From positions 85,188,001-85,252,000 of the forward strand of contig OZ024740.1 of assembly GCA_964016885.1 (NCBI GenBank): a stretch of DNA of 64,000 bases, read 5' to 3'. Below the pieces are notes generated by a model that did no database searches, had not been told where the DNA came from, and saw only the letters and a program-made list of their open reading frames with translations. This document shows, piece after piece, positions 14,825 through 27,021 of this stretch. Every line of letters starts with the position of its first letter. Position 1 is the stretch's first letter. The stretch comes from Eledone cirrhosa (lineage: Eukaryota). The translations under genes were made by a program, and so were the position numbers.

Positions 14825-17091
14825 TGTAATAAAAATTGTTAATTTTTTCTCTAAAGAATTAACAGACCAAATCAACATACTCTCCAAAGGTCTAAAATTT
14901 ACACCAACTCCCCAACAACCAAACTACCCCGAAATGAAGGAAGATATTGCAGAATTCTGTAGAAAACTAAGACTCAGCGAGGAACTATACGACAAATACA
15001 ATGAGGATGACTCAATAGCCAGAAATAGAAGCAACTACACCCCACCAAAAGGCAAGAACATATTCCTCGATCAATTCTGCGAACACATTACTAATTACGC
15101 ATACCACCACCTACACAGACATAAACAAAAACTAAACCTAAGCAAAAAAAAAATGGAATGGTCTTAGTCTAAAAATCGACAAAACCCTAACAATCAAAGG
15201 GGCAGATAAAGGGAGTGCAGTAGTCCTTATGGGGACAGATTATTACACGACTCTAGTACTCTCAACTCTAGAAAACCAACATATTATGAAAAGGCGCAAC
15301 ATTACACACAACAGAAAATAATGAGAAACCTAAAATCCCTAACAACCCTTTACAAAGAAGGCCTTACAGACAAGGAATAGAACTACATCACCAATTTCAA
15401 AAGCAGAACCAGCCTCTTCTACGGTATCCCAAAGACACACAAAAGCGAAGTAATAAGTAAGGCCTGCAAGCAAGCCACAGACGTTTACATCAATATAGCC
15501 CCTCCTGATGACCTTAAATTAAGACCCATAATAGCAGGTACCACATGTGAAACTCACCGACTAAGCAACTTCCTAGATATTCTGCTTAAACCTTTCCTAA
15601 AACACATAAAAGGCTTCATAAGGGACGACCTTGACATGCTCAACCACCTCCCAACAACACTCAATAATGAACATACCCTACTAGTAACCTTTGATGTCAT
15701 CAATTTATATTCCAATATCCCACACAATCTAGGTATAGAGGCAATACAATTCTGGCTTGAAAATTTCCCTAGTGAACTCCCACAGCGCATCCCTAAAGAA
15801 TTTATGTTGGAGAGACTCAAATTCATCTTGGAAAACAATTTCTTCGAATTCGATGCCAAATACTACAGACAGAAATCTGGGACTGCCATGGGCACGAAAG
15901 TAGCCCCCTCATACGCCAACCTTGTCATGGGATATTTGGAAACCACTCTCTACCGCAAAGTTCGATACAAATACGGCAACCACTTCTACCAACACAGAAA
16001 AGAACTGGAAGAGATATCTGGACGACTGCCTCATCCTCTGGCATGAAAGTATAGATAGACTGATTGGGTTTAAAACCCTTCTGAATGGACTCAACACAAA
16101 CTTACAATTCACAATGGATTACAGCCATGAACAACTCCCTTTCCTCGACATCCTCATCAAGAAAACAAACAACAAAATAGAAACAGACATATACTACAAA
16201 CCCACAGACTCCAAACAATACCTTCCATTCAACTCGTGCCACTCTAGACACACCAAATGGCAATTCCTTATAACCTAGCCAGAAGGATCTGCACAATAGT
16301 TTCAGATAAATACACATGTTACACACGACTAGAAGAATTAAAAAAACACACTTATCAGCAGAAACGACCCACCATCCCTAATCAACAATGGATTCCAACG
16401 TGCCCTAAAACTCGACATCCAGGAACTCAGACACCCGAAACCCAGGAATAAATCGCAACAGAAAACTCTACCATACATCTCCACACACAACCTCCTCAAC
16501 AATGAGGCATTTGACACCATCCTCCAGAACATTCCTTTACTAAAAAAAGACCCAAGAATGAGCAAAATCCTCCAAACACACAACATCATAAAGAGCAAAA
16601 GACAACCTAAATCCATAAAAAACATCCTCACACAAGCCAAAATCCAACAAACCCTCACAATGAACCCTACAGTAACAAAATGCGGAAGGCCCAACTGTGG
16701 CATATGCATAAATCTAATAGAAGGTTCAACATTCCATTTTAAACAAGGACAACATTTCACAGTTAAACACAACTTTACATGTGCATCTGAAAACCTAATC
16801 TATGTTTTGACCTGCTCAGGTTGTCAAGAGCACTACATAGGACAGACAAAAAACAGCCGCCGACAACGTATGACCGTCCATAAATCACAAATCAAAATAC
16901 AGGAATACAGAAAGATTGCATTTAGTGAACATATCGCCAATTGTGCACCCAACCAACATCCAAACTTTAAAATTTTCCCCATTTACAAATTCATAGACAA
17001 CGCTACTTTCATCCATCGTACCAATAAGGAAACGTATTTCATTAACAAATTCCAACCTCTACTTAATGCACTAAACTTCGGACTAAACTAA
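14825..17091 (+). pseudogene. Near-full-length PLE ORF (RT + Cys/His linker + GIY-YIG endonuclease), frameshifted; Neptune-like
   Basis: LSKGLKFTPTP, IKGADKGSAVV, FYGIPKTHK, LRPIIAG, LVTFDVINLYSNIP, GTAMGTKVAPSYANL, WKRYLDD, LPFLDILI, IYYKPTD, CGRPNCGIC, NLIYVLTCSGCQEHYIGQT. Several frameshifts and stops. Follows the (TA)n at 14377-14400. Confidence 0.92.
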
Positions 17092-18076
17092 AACTGGAAC
17101 GACAATCAAACATTTACAAATACCTATGTCTCTCTAAAGAGTTACCTCCCTCACACCCTACCCAATCCTTTTTCTTAAATAAATTAAATATCATCCAGCA
17201 TGAATTACCTCCCCCTGCATATTAACTCTCTAAAAAGGGAAATCATATCAAACCCCAGTCCACCATTTGCCTCCATCATGGATCAACTAAGCACTCTTGC
17301 TATATTAACAATTTCAAATTATTCAATTTCAAATTATTCTGACCTAGGGATTGAATTAGTGAAGTGGCCAATGTCTGTACATAATGAGGGAGTGAGAGGG
17401 GAGAGAAAGAAACAGAGAGGCGAAATGAAGAAGTGGCTCTCTACTCCTCCTCCTCCTCTTCCGCCCTATTCGTCACAGAGTTTTTCGATAGAGGGGAGAA
17501 ATGTGAACGAGTTACAGAGAGAAAGAGTGAGAGTGAAAGAAACAGACAGACTAAAAGAGGGGGATAGCGGGAGAGAGAGAGAAAGAGAGAGAGAGAGAGT
17601 GACAGACGCCGTCTTTTGAGAGTTGTATGCATCAAAGATACATGACAGTGGAATAACTATTGCGCGTGTGTGTACGTGCGCGCGTGTTTGTGTGAGTTTG
17701 TGTGCGTTTGCATGCGTGAGTGTGTATGTGTGCGTGAGTGATTATAAACTCTCTCACATGGTCTGATGGAATTAACCCTTTAGCATTTACATTACTCTAT
17801 ATATACTATATTATTTTCATGGTAAAGGCTTTATCTCACATAATATACAAATCTCATAGATTTAATATTATTTATTTTGAGAACAATACCTTAACCCTTT
17901 AGTATTAATGTGAGTGAGTTATAAAGAGAAAGAGTGAGAGTGAAAGAAACAGACAGACTAAAAGAGGGGGATAGCGGGAGAGAGACGCTGGAAGAGGGGA
18001 AGGAAAGCTATAAGTAATTAACACGTGTGCGTGTGTGTGAGCGTGCGCGCGTGTGTGTGTGTGCGTGTGCGTGCGT

Positions 18077-18620
18077 GTCTGTCTGTGTGTGTGTGAGTTT
18101 GAATCCCTAAAACTAGAGAAGCACCCAACCGACTGTTTTCAAACTTTACACATGTAATACTTATGTTTTAGGGAGTGTTCTGAGCAAAAGAAATTTCAAA
18201 TTTTCAATGCCCTAGGGACCGCATTAGGCGATTTAGCGATCTCTCTATATAATTCTTAGTCTTTCTCTTTTTAGATAGATACATACATATAACGTCATGC
18301 CCTTATAATATCTGTCTGTATGTCTGGTGTCTGCATTAGGTCACTTCCTACAATTCGCTCTGCTTCCAGAACGCGCCCTTATAATATCTGTCTGTATGTC
18401 TGGCTGTCTGCTGCCTCCGGTTATTTTGCCACCCTTGCTCAAGACAAATCTCACACTCATTCCCCAAACAGTTGGTAAGTGCACACAACTTTTTCCTCAC
18501 GTTTTAAGCCACAGTGTTGCTTATTTACGTACCACCAGACCCTTACTTCTTTGCCAGCCGTGGTTGTGCCAATACTAAGCTTAGCTAAGGCGGTTATATA
18601 TTTCACAATACCACTGCTAG
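18077..18620 (+). mobile_element. Non-autonomous Helitron-like element (5' truncated, terminal hairpin deleted)
   Basis: Near-identical inverse of 11213-11805 (the ORFs at 11278 and 18327 are nearly the same peptide). Ends CTAG|T. Confidence 0.75.
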
Positions 18621-18804
18621 TTAAATATATAAATAAATAAATAAATGCCATTGTTAATTAATAAATAAATCAACTAATACCTTAACACTTCACACAAAGT
18701 AAAATATTTCGTTTTAATCATTTTCTAACCCAGAAAAAGAGAGAAAAGAATAAAAAGAGAAAAAAAATATTTTTCTTCCTAATAATCGTCTTTTTCTCCG
18801 TTTT

Positions 18805-18867
<63 letters not shown>

Positions 18868-18959
18868 ACACACACACACATATATATATGTATATATGTA
18901 TGTATATATCATAGATTGAGTTATAAACTCAAAATAGTCTTTTACAAATAAATAGCTCA

Positions 18960-18990
<31 letters not shown>

Positions 18991-19076
18991 TACACACATA
19001 TATATACACATGTGTGTGTATATGTATGTATACACTCACTCACACGCACACATACATCACACACACACACACACAC

Positions 19077-19128
<52 letters not shown>

Positions 19129-19129
19129 G

Positions 19130-19612
19130 AGGTATCCACAGTAAGTTGTGGGGTCTATTCTGTATGAAGAACTCAATGTAATCCATATGTTGAAAATGTT
19201 GTAGGTTAAGATAAATCTCAGAAAACAATAAAACATTAAAAGGAAAACAGAGTCATGATATAAGTTAAAACAATGAAATAAAAAATCAAGTCATTAGAGA
19301 TATACTTCACTGCTTTACGATCGTTTCTAGATGGTGATAATACATTGTATCTATACTCAGCTATTGATCTATGTAAGTTTACAAACTATCAGATAGAGAG
19401 AATATATACTTACATGCATATCACCAGCTGTTTTCAAAAGCAATGGTGATATGCATGTAAGTAAATATTCTCTCTATCTGATAGTTTGTAAACTTACATA
19501 GATCAATAGCTGAGTATAGATACAATGTATTATGACCATCTAGAAACGATCGTAAAGCAGTGAAGTATATCTCTAATGACTTGATTTTTTATTTCATTGT
19601 TTTAACTTATAT
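19130..19612. mobile_element. PLE terminal fold-back insert: ~169-bp near-perfect palindrome arms (19258-19426 / 19444-19612) plus tail 19130-19257
   Basis: Arms are homologous to the HHR region at 24900-25040 and carry the HHR 3' half GAAA-CGATCG-TA. Confidence 0.85.
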
Positions 19613-19619
19613 TATATAT

Positions 19620-20000
19620 ATATACAAATGTAAGGTTGTAACACCCACGTCCCGCAGGGCCTACATAGGGTTAACCGCCAATAGTTTCAAGCAGCGTCTT
19701 TACATGCATACCCATTCTTTTCGTTACCCTCTAAGAAGGAATATGACGTCACTTTCAGCTTATATCTGGAGTCTAAAAGACAACCACACCCAATATAAGT
19801 TACACTGGGAGATCCTAGCTAGGGCTAGATCGTATAACGGAAATAAAAGACCATGTGAGCTCTGCGCCGCTGAGGCCCTGGAAATACTCTACGCCACAGA
19901 CCACATCTTAAACAAAAAATCTGAGGCAATTTCGGCTTGTAAACATAAATTGCACAAAACTTTCCTGTATTACAGCCCCACGTTATACCCTAACGGATAG
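19620..20000 (+). pseudogene. GIY-YIG endonuclease C-terminal fragment of a 5'-truncated PLE
   Basis: IYKCKV...AYIGLTANSFKQRLYMHTHSF...LSAYIWSLK...WEIL...CELC..E...ILNKKSEAISACKH, open frame. Confidence 0.88.
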
Positions 20001-20928
20001 CACGATCTATACGTGGATATTTTACGTCTTGATGTGGGAGCTAAGTATATGTTTTGTTTATTCCTTTACTTATTTGCATAGGTAAGCATATATTACCCAT
20101 ATGTTTTGTGAAGGTATGTATACCTTCTCGTACGTATATTTGACTGTTATGGCGTATCATTTTTACATATTCTGGTATTTAGGGTTTGGCTATGTGTATA
20201 CGGGAGTTTTGCGTCCGAGTGAGTATGCAGGTTCGAACGTATGGTGGGTGTGTGTATATGTGTACTTCTTGTTTTAGTTGACTTACGTCTCCGAACTTTC
20301 GTGTATTTATATGTAGGTATGTGTGTGCGCTTGTTATATACGTATTTATTTACTTATATACGTTTATATAATTATTTATTTATTTGTAGACAAGCATACA
20401 CACACACACATATTTATATGTGCGTGGTTTTGTATACCTATGGTAAGGTTTTGCGTATGCTTGTGTATGTACGTATCTGTTTGCGTGTATGTATTTATTT
20501 GTTTCTATTACTTCTGTATCGTATTTATTTACTTTGTTCTTAACTCTGTAGCGGAGATTCATTTGGTCTCCTAGTTAGAATTTTAGTCTACGACTTTTGC
20601 TATACCATTTACGTGGTTTTGTCTTTGCGTGCTTTTGTTCTCCACGCTCCACATATGACTTATTATCTTCGTTTTTTCGTTCATTGCCAGAGAACGTCTA
20701 TATGCACCACCTAAGAGAACATTAGTCTACGACCTCTTTTATACCATAAACGTGGTTTTGTCTTTGCGCGTAATTGTTTTTCACCGCTCCTATTAATGAC
20801 GTATTATTCGTTTTTTCCCGTTCTTTGCCAGCGAACGTTACCACGAACCAAAGTATCGTCTTCCTGTCTTCCTCCGGCTGCAACGTTTTTTGAAATATCC
20901 AGTTCTGCGTTTACAGATTGACTTTGTT

Positions 20929-20979
20929 AGTTTCAGAAGATCCCGTTAAGGGTGAAAGCAGCGATTCTTTGCTTAAACT
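20929..20979 (+). ncRNA. Hammerhead-like motif with variant core CAGAAGA
   Basis: AGTTT-CAGAAGA-TCCC gttaa GGGT-GAAA-GCA gcgattctt TGC-TT-AAACT. A second copy is at 54829-54879. Confidence 0.65.
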
Positions 20980-21109
20980 TTAATCTGTTATTTTAATAAA
21001 TATTTGCTCTACGGTTCTTATATATTTGATATATATTTTCCTTATCGAGCCGTCTTTGGATTTTAGTCTTCAATTTTATTATTATTACTATATATATATA
21101 TATACACAC

Positions 21110-21203
<94 letters not shown>

Positions 21204-22489
21204 ATCCCTAAATACCCTCACTGACACGCATATATCAGCTCTGCATTCCCACTTTTTCAAAATATCCAATGTTACCCTTATTTCTTATTCACAGCAATGT
21301 TTCTCAGCACAACATGTGTATACACATAGATAACGATAACGAAAACAAGGTTAACAGATTTGTTTATCGGCCCCGAGATCTTTAACGGGTGCTTCCTCGC
21401 ATTAATAAATTATCTTTAATGTAAATGACTTTATTTATATGTTGATGTGTTTAACGATGTACATTTCTCGTTCTATGGATGCCCTGACTAGAAATATGAG
21501 TCCAACTCAACCAGTTCCACAATTTCTATGTCCCTACTCAGTGATAAGAGTCGTTAAGGCGGCAGATTGAAAATGTCCTCAGTATGTGTTCCATCTCACT
21601 GCAATCTGAATTCAAATCTTGTCAAGGTCAACTTTATTTTTCATCCATTCGCGGTCGATAAGGAACTTCCAGTACCAGGGGACAATTTTTCCTCTTTCGG
21701 GGGAAAAAAAAATTGGCTGTGGTCCAACCTGAATGGTGATAGGCTCTGCCAGATTCCAAATTCCGAAGATATGCCGCGTATAATGATGGCGTCCCCAACC
21801 TCCACATCCACTACTTCATCAATAGTTAAGGTTTCTTTATTATTCTTTTTTTTACGCTGTGATGTTAGATAGCTGCTGACCGTGTGTTGTGTCCAGCAGA
21901 CCTTTGGCAGGTCTTGCCTTTTAGTCTTGCCGATGATCCTAGCAACTTCCCTCACCAATCATGCCTAGCAGAGGGGGGGGGGGGTCAGTTTAATCGCTGA
22001 TGACCCGATGATAGAACAGGTTGCACGTACGCTAGTGCTTAGGGGTATTCGGCCCACAATCGTAAGGCCCTGGGTTCGTCGAAGCCTCGTCTCCTTGAGC
22101 CAGGCACTTTATATCCCGTTATTCTAATTCACTAAGCTGGCGAAAATGAGTTGTACCTGTAATTCGAAGGGTAAGCCTCATAAACACTGTATGTATAACG
22201 CTGGATCTTCCCGAGAATTACGTTAAAGGTGCACGTGTTTGTGGAATGGACCAGTGCTCGTCAGAATCGACGGAGATCCAGCATGTTATCAGTAGTCCGC
22301 AGGAACAACAGTACAACCGTCACTCTACACACAAACAATACATGCTGTTCCATGCCGCCTGTATCTTTTCTATGAAATGTTTATTTTCTCAAGCGGTGTT
22401 GATGTATGGTGGGAAGTTAAGAATATTGAAGAATACAAGTATAAACACATGCTCGCAAATTACGTGTGTGAGTGTGTGTGTGAGTGTGT

Positions 22490-22602
<113 letters not shown>

Positions 22603-22777
22603 GGCGTGTATATACATATGTATATATATATGCATATGCACACACACACACACACACACAGACGGATTGTTAACGGATAGCTTCGTTAAACTTAATTTAA
22701 ATTGCCAACTAACACCTCTCTCTCTTTCACATACACACTCTATCTATCTTTCTCTCTCTACATGTATACATATATAT

Positions 22778-25042
22778 TATATATACTCCTGAACAAAGCC
22801 TTGATATTTGCCGAAAATAAATCAAACTTAACTATGGATGACATTAATATTATCACGCACGCTAGACAAACATTACTGGAATTTCTGAAGGAATACTGGA
22901 CCAGAAATACATATAGTAATCTCTTCGACATTACTATGGGCTTTAGTGATTCTGCCCAAATTACCGATATTGTGGGCCTCTTTCTTCTATTTAACATTAA
23001 TTCATCTTTTCCCCACCTTAAAGGTGGTTTATTTCGTGATGACTGTCTTCTTCTTTCAACTAATCTTAGCCTATCAGAAATTGAAAAAAATAAAAAACCT
23101 ATTAGAACTTTCCTCAAAGACTATTATAATCTCACTATTACATTTGAAAACACCAGTAAAATAGTCAATTTCCTAGATATAACTTTAAACTTATCTACTG
23201 GTATCTACCAACCTTACCATAAACTTACATTACATACACTCACAATCCAATCACCCTAGATCTATCCTTAAAAACTTAGCTTATAATATCTCACTCAGAA
23301 TCTCTAACCTTTCATCTAACCAGGATGTATTCGATAAAAACGTGCCCTTTTATAACGAAGATTTAGCTAGAAGCGGCCACAAAAACAAATTAGTCTATAT
23401 ACCTTGCACCAATACTACTTCCAGCATACAACCCAATATTACCAACAAACACCAAATGAAAAACCCACACCTAAATGCCACTCATACTACATCAAAAAAT
23501 ACCAACCTAAAACTTAATTTCTCTACCTCTTCTCACATAAAATATAATGACTTTCAAAAAACCATTCATCCTAATACTCCAATATATGTTAACAACATTA
23601 CTAACAAAATTCCTAATAATCAGACTAAAACACCTAAATCAGTTAATCTAACTAAACCTATAGTAACTCTCTTAGTAAGCATCCTGATATATCGTATAAA
23701 TATAAAAAACAATATCTAAACCGTAATAGACGGGTTACTTGGTATAATGCTCCATTTAATCTACAAATTAAAGATAATGTCCCTAAAAATTTTTTTTACT
23801 ATCCTATAGAAAAACTTCCCACCAAACCATAAATACCATCAAATTTTAAATAGATCAACTGTCAAATTTTCCTACTCCACTGCCAAAAATAATTAATACA
23901 ACCAAAAACAAATACAACCAAAATAATTAATACTACCAAAAACAATTAATAATTATAGCAAGAAGAATATCGATTACAACCTAACCTGGAGTGTGCTCAA
24001 AAGGGCCATCCCTTATCAAAATAACAAATACGAGTGTAGATTATGCTCCCAGGAACCTTTTGAAATAATGAAATCTAAGGATATCCTATTAAATAAGCGA
24101 CAGGAATTAATTATATCTTGCAATCATAGAATTAGAAGAACCTTCAAATATTATAAACCTAATTAATATACACCTTACACTTATATTTTACATATTATTA
24201 TAATTAGTTTTTTAAAATTTAGTTAACCTATAATTAGTACTTTACTACAGAAAACTTCATAATTTTATTTCCCTCTTACAGCTCTCTTTTCCTAAAATTA
24301 ATACTTAAAAGTATACCTATCAATTAATTTAATTTCCTGTTATGAATCTAGATTCCTTGTAGTTTATATAAGATTGGTATTTCTCACTACTACCCTTATC
24401 CCAAAATTTTACTTTCCTTCGTTTTTAACAACACTCTTTAATAACATCTAATTCTTATTTATCACATTCATATGAATTAATATAAATTTATCCCTATAAG
24501 TATACCTATCAATTAATATAATTTCTCGTTATAGATCTAGATTCCTTGTGGTTTAAATAAGATTGGTATTTCTCACTAATACCCTTACCCTAAAATTTTA
24601 TTTTCCTTCGTTTTTAATATTATTCTTTAATAACATCAAATTTTCGTGTACCCTTCACTGGCTTAACCTCTTTTCATCCCAAAGTATTCTTTTCATTTAA
24701 AGTATTCTTTCCATCCAAAACATAAGTCTGCACTCCTCTACCCCTAAATTAAATTTCTACTACTACTATTCTATCAACTTGACCTCTAACTACTTTTCTA
24801 TTGGTCAATTCAAAACATGTTCCCAAAGAGACCTATTATATTAAATCTTTGTTGATTTTTTCAATAAACAAATCTCATCATTTCTGAAGACAGCATGTAT
24901 ATGTGAAGGTATGTATATTTCCTCTGATAGTTTGTAATATTTTTACATAGATCTATATGATATACATCCTAGAAACGATCGTAAAATGATGAATTTTTAA
25001 TATAAGGAACTTGTTCTTTGTTTTTATTCATTGTTTTTATTA

Positions 25043-25045
<3 letters not shown>
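22778..25045 (+). mobile_element. Degraded PLE (RT remnant, deleted GIY-YIG remnant, 3' UTR with ~187-bp duplication, terminal HHR) ending in (TA)n
   Basis: LFDITMGFSDSAQITDIVGLFLL, GGLFRDDCL, VNFLDITLNL, VTWYNAPF, YNLTWSVLKRAIPY...CRLC..E...LLNKRQELIISCNH. Confidence 0.85.
24876..24991 (+). ncRNA. Type I hammerhead ribozyme with long stem II at the PLE 3' end
   Basis: CATCATTT-CTGAAGA-CAGCATGTATAT...ATATACATCCTA-GAAA-CGATCG-TA-AAATGATG, with an 8-bp stem I. Confidence 0.85.
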
Positions 25046-25107
<62 letters not shown>

Positions 25108-25132
25108 TTCTTCTGTACTGAGACCGGGGAGA

Positions 25133-25228
<96 letters not shown>

Positions 25229-25240
25229 TTAATATAGAAG

Positions 25241-25290
25241 AGATTCTACAGGACTAGAACTGTTTCATTCATTAGAAATCATCAGGAATC
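25241..25290 (-). ncRNA. Hammerhead ribozyme (minus-strand copy)
   Basis: GATTC-CTGATGA-tttctaatgaat-GAAA-CAG ttctagtc CTG-TA-GAATC. Confidence 0.78.
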
Positions 25291-25300
25291 AGAAATCATC

Positions 25301-25351
25301 AGATTCCTGATGATTTCTAATGAATGAAACAGTTCTAGTCCTGTAGAATCT
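25301..25351 (+). ncRNA. Hammerhead ribozyme (plus-strand copy)
   Basis: AGATTC-CTGATGA-tttctaatgaat-GAAA-CAG ttctagtc CTG-TA-GAATCT. Confidence 0.8.
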
Positions 25352-25433
25352 CTTCTATATTAAAACTGTTATACTCTGCTATGTATTGAGTACCTTACTT
25401 ACTGTGGTTACCTCCGATTCAACCCGGAATAAC

Positions 25434-25481
<48 letters not shown>

Positions 25482-25967
25482 GATCTACAAACGCAGCTCT
25501 GTAAAATTTTAGAAAAACCTATTCTGTCCGTAAAACAATGGGTTATATACTAGTTTGAATGTCGTTCCCGACATAGTTTTGCCACAGACAGTAAACCCAT
25601 CAATCTCAAGCAAGTGCAATACAGTTGTCTATTTTATACTTGATAACCTTTATCAAGTCTAAACGCTAGAAATAGAACTCTATCCAAGCTATTTTCATTG
25701 GTTGTTGATTCACCCTAGAAACTAATTCAATCATCATAAAACTGATTTTCTATTTTTCTTTCCATGAATTATTTTCATAATTCTTCCCATATAACAACTA
25801 CACAAACGCACACATATACACGCGCACGCACACACACACACACACACGTGTGTGCGCGCGCACTACCTATCTATCTACTTACCTACCAATCTATCTATTT
25901 AACTGACTATTTCTTATTTATTTATCTTTCTGGCTGTATGTATGTATGTATGTATGTATGTATGTAT

Positions 25968-26285
25968 GGTTGTCTGGGAGTGAAAGACCCCCAGTTGTTG
26001 TCACAACATCTTTCTAGGAGAGGGAAAATCTGAAAAGAAAACCCTGCGGTGTCGGAAGCATCCGAAGATGTTGACCAGTTCTCCTTTTCGAGTAGTGTTT
26101 TCGATGCTCAGAGAGTGAGATTGGTCGAGTGCAAGGCCTTTCCCCACTTTAAATACCTTCAAAGCACAGGCATTGCTTGTTCAGGATATATTACAGGTTC
26201 ATGTTATTGACCGTAGCCTAAAAGTGCACCAAACTCTATAATCTGACAAGCGATTGCAATACTCTTAGCAGAGTTTGCAGCCAGC

Positions 26286-26286
<1 letters not shown>
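25968..26286 (+). mobile_element. Short non-autonomous retroelement fragment between (TATG)n tracts, related to 27022-27625
   Basis: Shares ttctaggaga.ggaaaa.tctga, gtgca..gccttt and gagtt.gcagc..cat termini with 27022-27625. Confidence 0.5.
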
Positions 26287-26318
<32 letters not shown>

Positions 26319-26347
26319 TGTATGTATGTATGTATGTATGTATGTAT

Positions 26348-26940
26348 TCTCTTTCTCTTAATTTCGAGTATATTTTTTTGACCGGCCACCTTCCTGGTGG
26401 CAAGGTTGTAAAAGAAAAGAAATTGTCATCCCTTGAATCGCAAGAATGTTTTGCAAATTTTGAAGGTGCCAGCTATCGCAGCCATCTGCAGACTATGAAT
26501 TAGGGAGCTGCGCTTTTTGTCCGCAAATCCAAGTTCAGTCATACTTTGGTCCAAGCGGGTTGGTATATAACCCGTAGCACCAATAATGATGGGTATGAAG
26601 CTAAAGGTGTATCTTGGATACTGGATTTGTAAACTCCTCATCAATGGTCCGTAGAGGTCCTCCTTCTCCTGTATTTTTCTGACAACGTTTACATCAAGTG
26701 GGCAGCTGATCTCCACAACAGAACACGTTTTCAATGTGTGGTCCCAAACAACAATATCAGGCCGGTTGTGCTTTAATTTGGTGGCAGTTTTTATTTTCAG
26801 GTTCCACCAGTATTCCTTAGTGCCATCTGTCTCAATATATTCTTCCTCGTTTGTTGTTAATTTTGTTTTCCGAAGTGCGTTCCAGATGGTTCTAGCTATC
26901 CCATCGTGTCTCATGAGGAGGTAGTAGCGAGATGACATTC
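26348..26940 (-). pseudogene. 5'-truncated RLE-type LINE (R4/Dong/NeSL-like) 3' end in a (CATA)n tract
   Basis: Open frame YLLMRHDGIAR...YWWNLKIKT..KLKHNRPDIVVWD...VVEISCP...EKEDLY..L...IPIIIGATG (RHD and PD-(D/E)xK motifs). Confidence 0.88.
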
Positions 26941-27021
26941 TATGTATGTATGTATGTATGTATGTATGTATGTATGTATGTATGTATGTATGTATGTATG
27001 TATGTATGTATGTATGTATGT

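Larger units (their letters stand above)
19620..21085 (+). mobile_element. 5'-truncated PLE: GIY-YIG end + ~1-kb 3' UTR (with a ~140-bp tandem duplication at 20585-20850) + HHR, ending at (TA)n
   Basis: ORF end, T-rich UTR and an HHR motif at 20929-20979. Confidence 0.75.
25225..25434 (+). mobile_element. PLE terminal fold-back insert in (TA)n: arms 25225-25290 / 25302-25367, tail 25368-25434
   Basis: Perfect ~66-bp inverted repeat with a full HHR in each arm. Confidence 0.88.

Noticed and set aside
17505-17990. Local ~70-bp duplication and TTAACCCTTTAG piggyBac-like ends
   Set aside because: Both ends are in the same orientation with no matching opposite TIR, so no element can be delimited.
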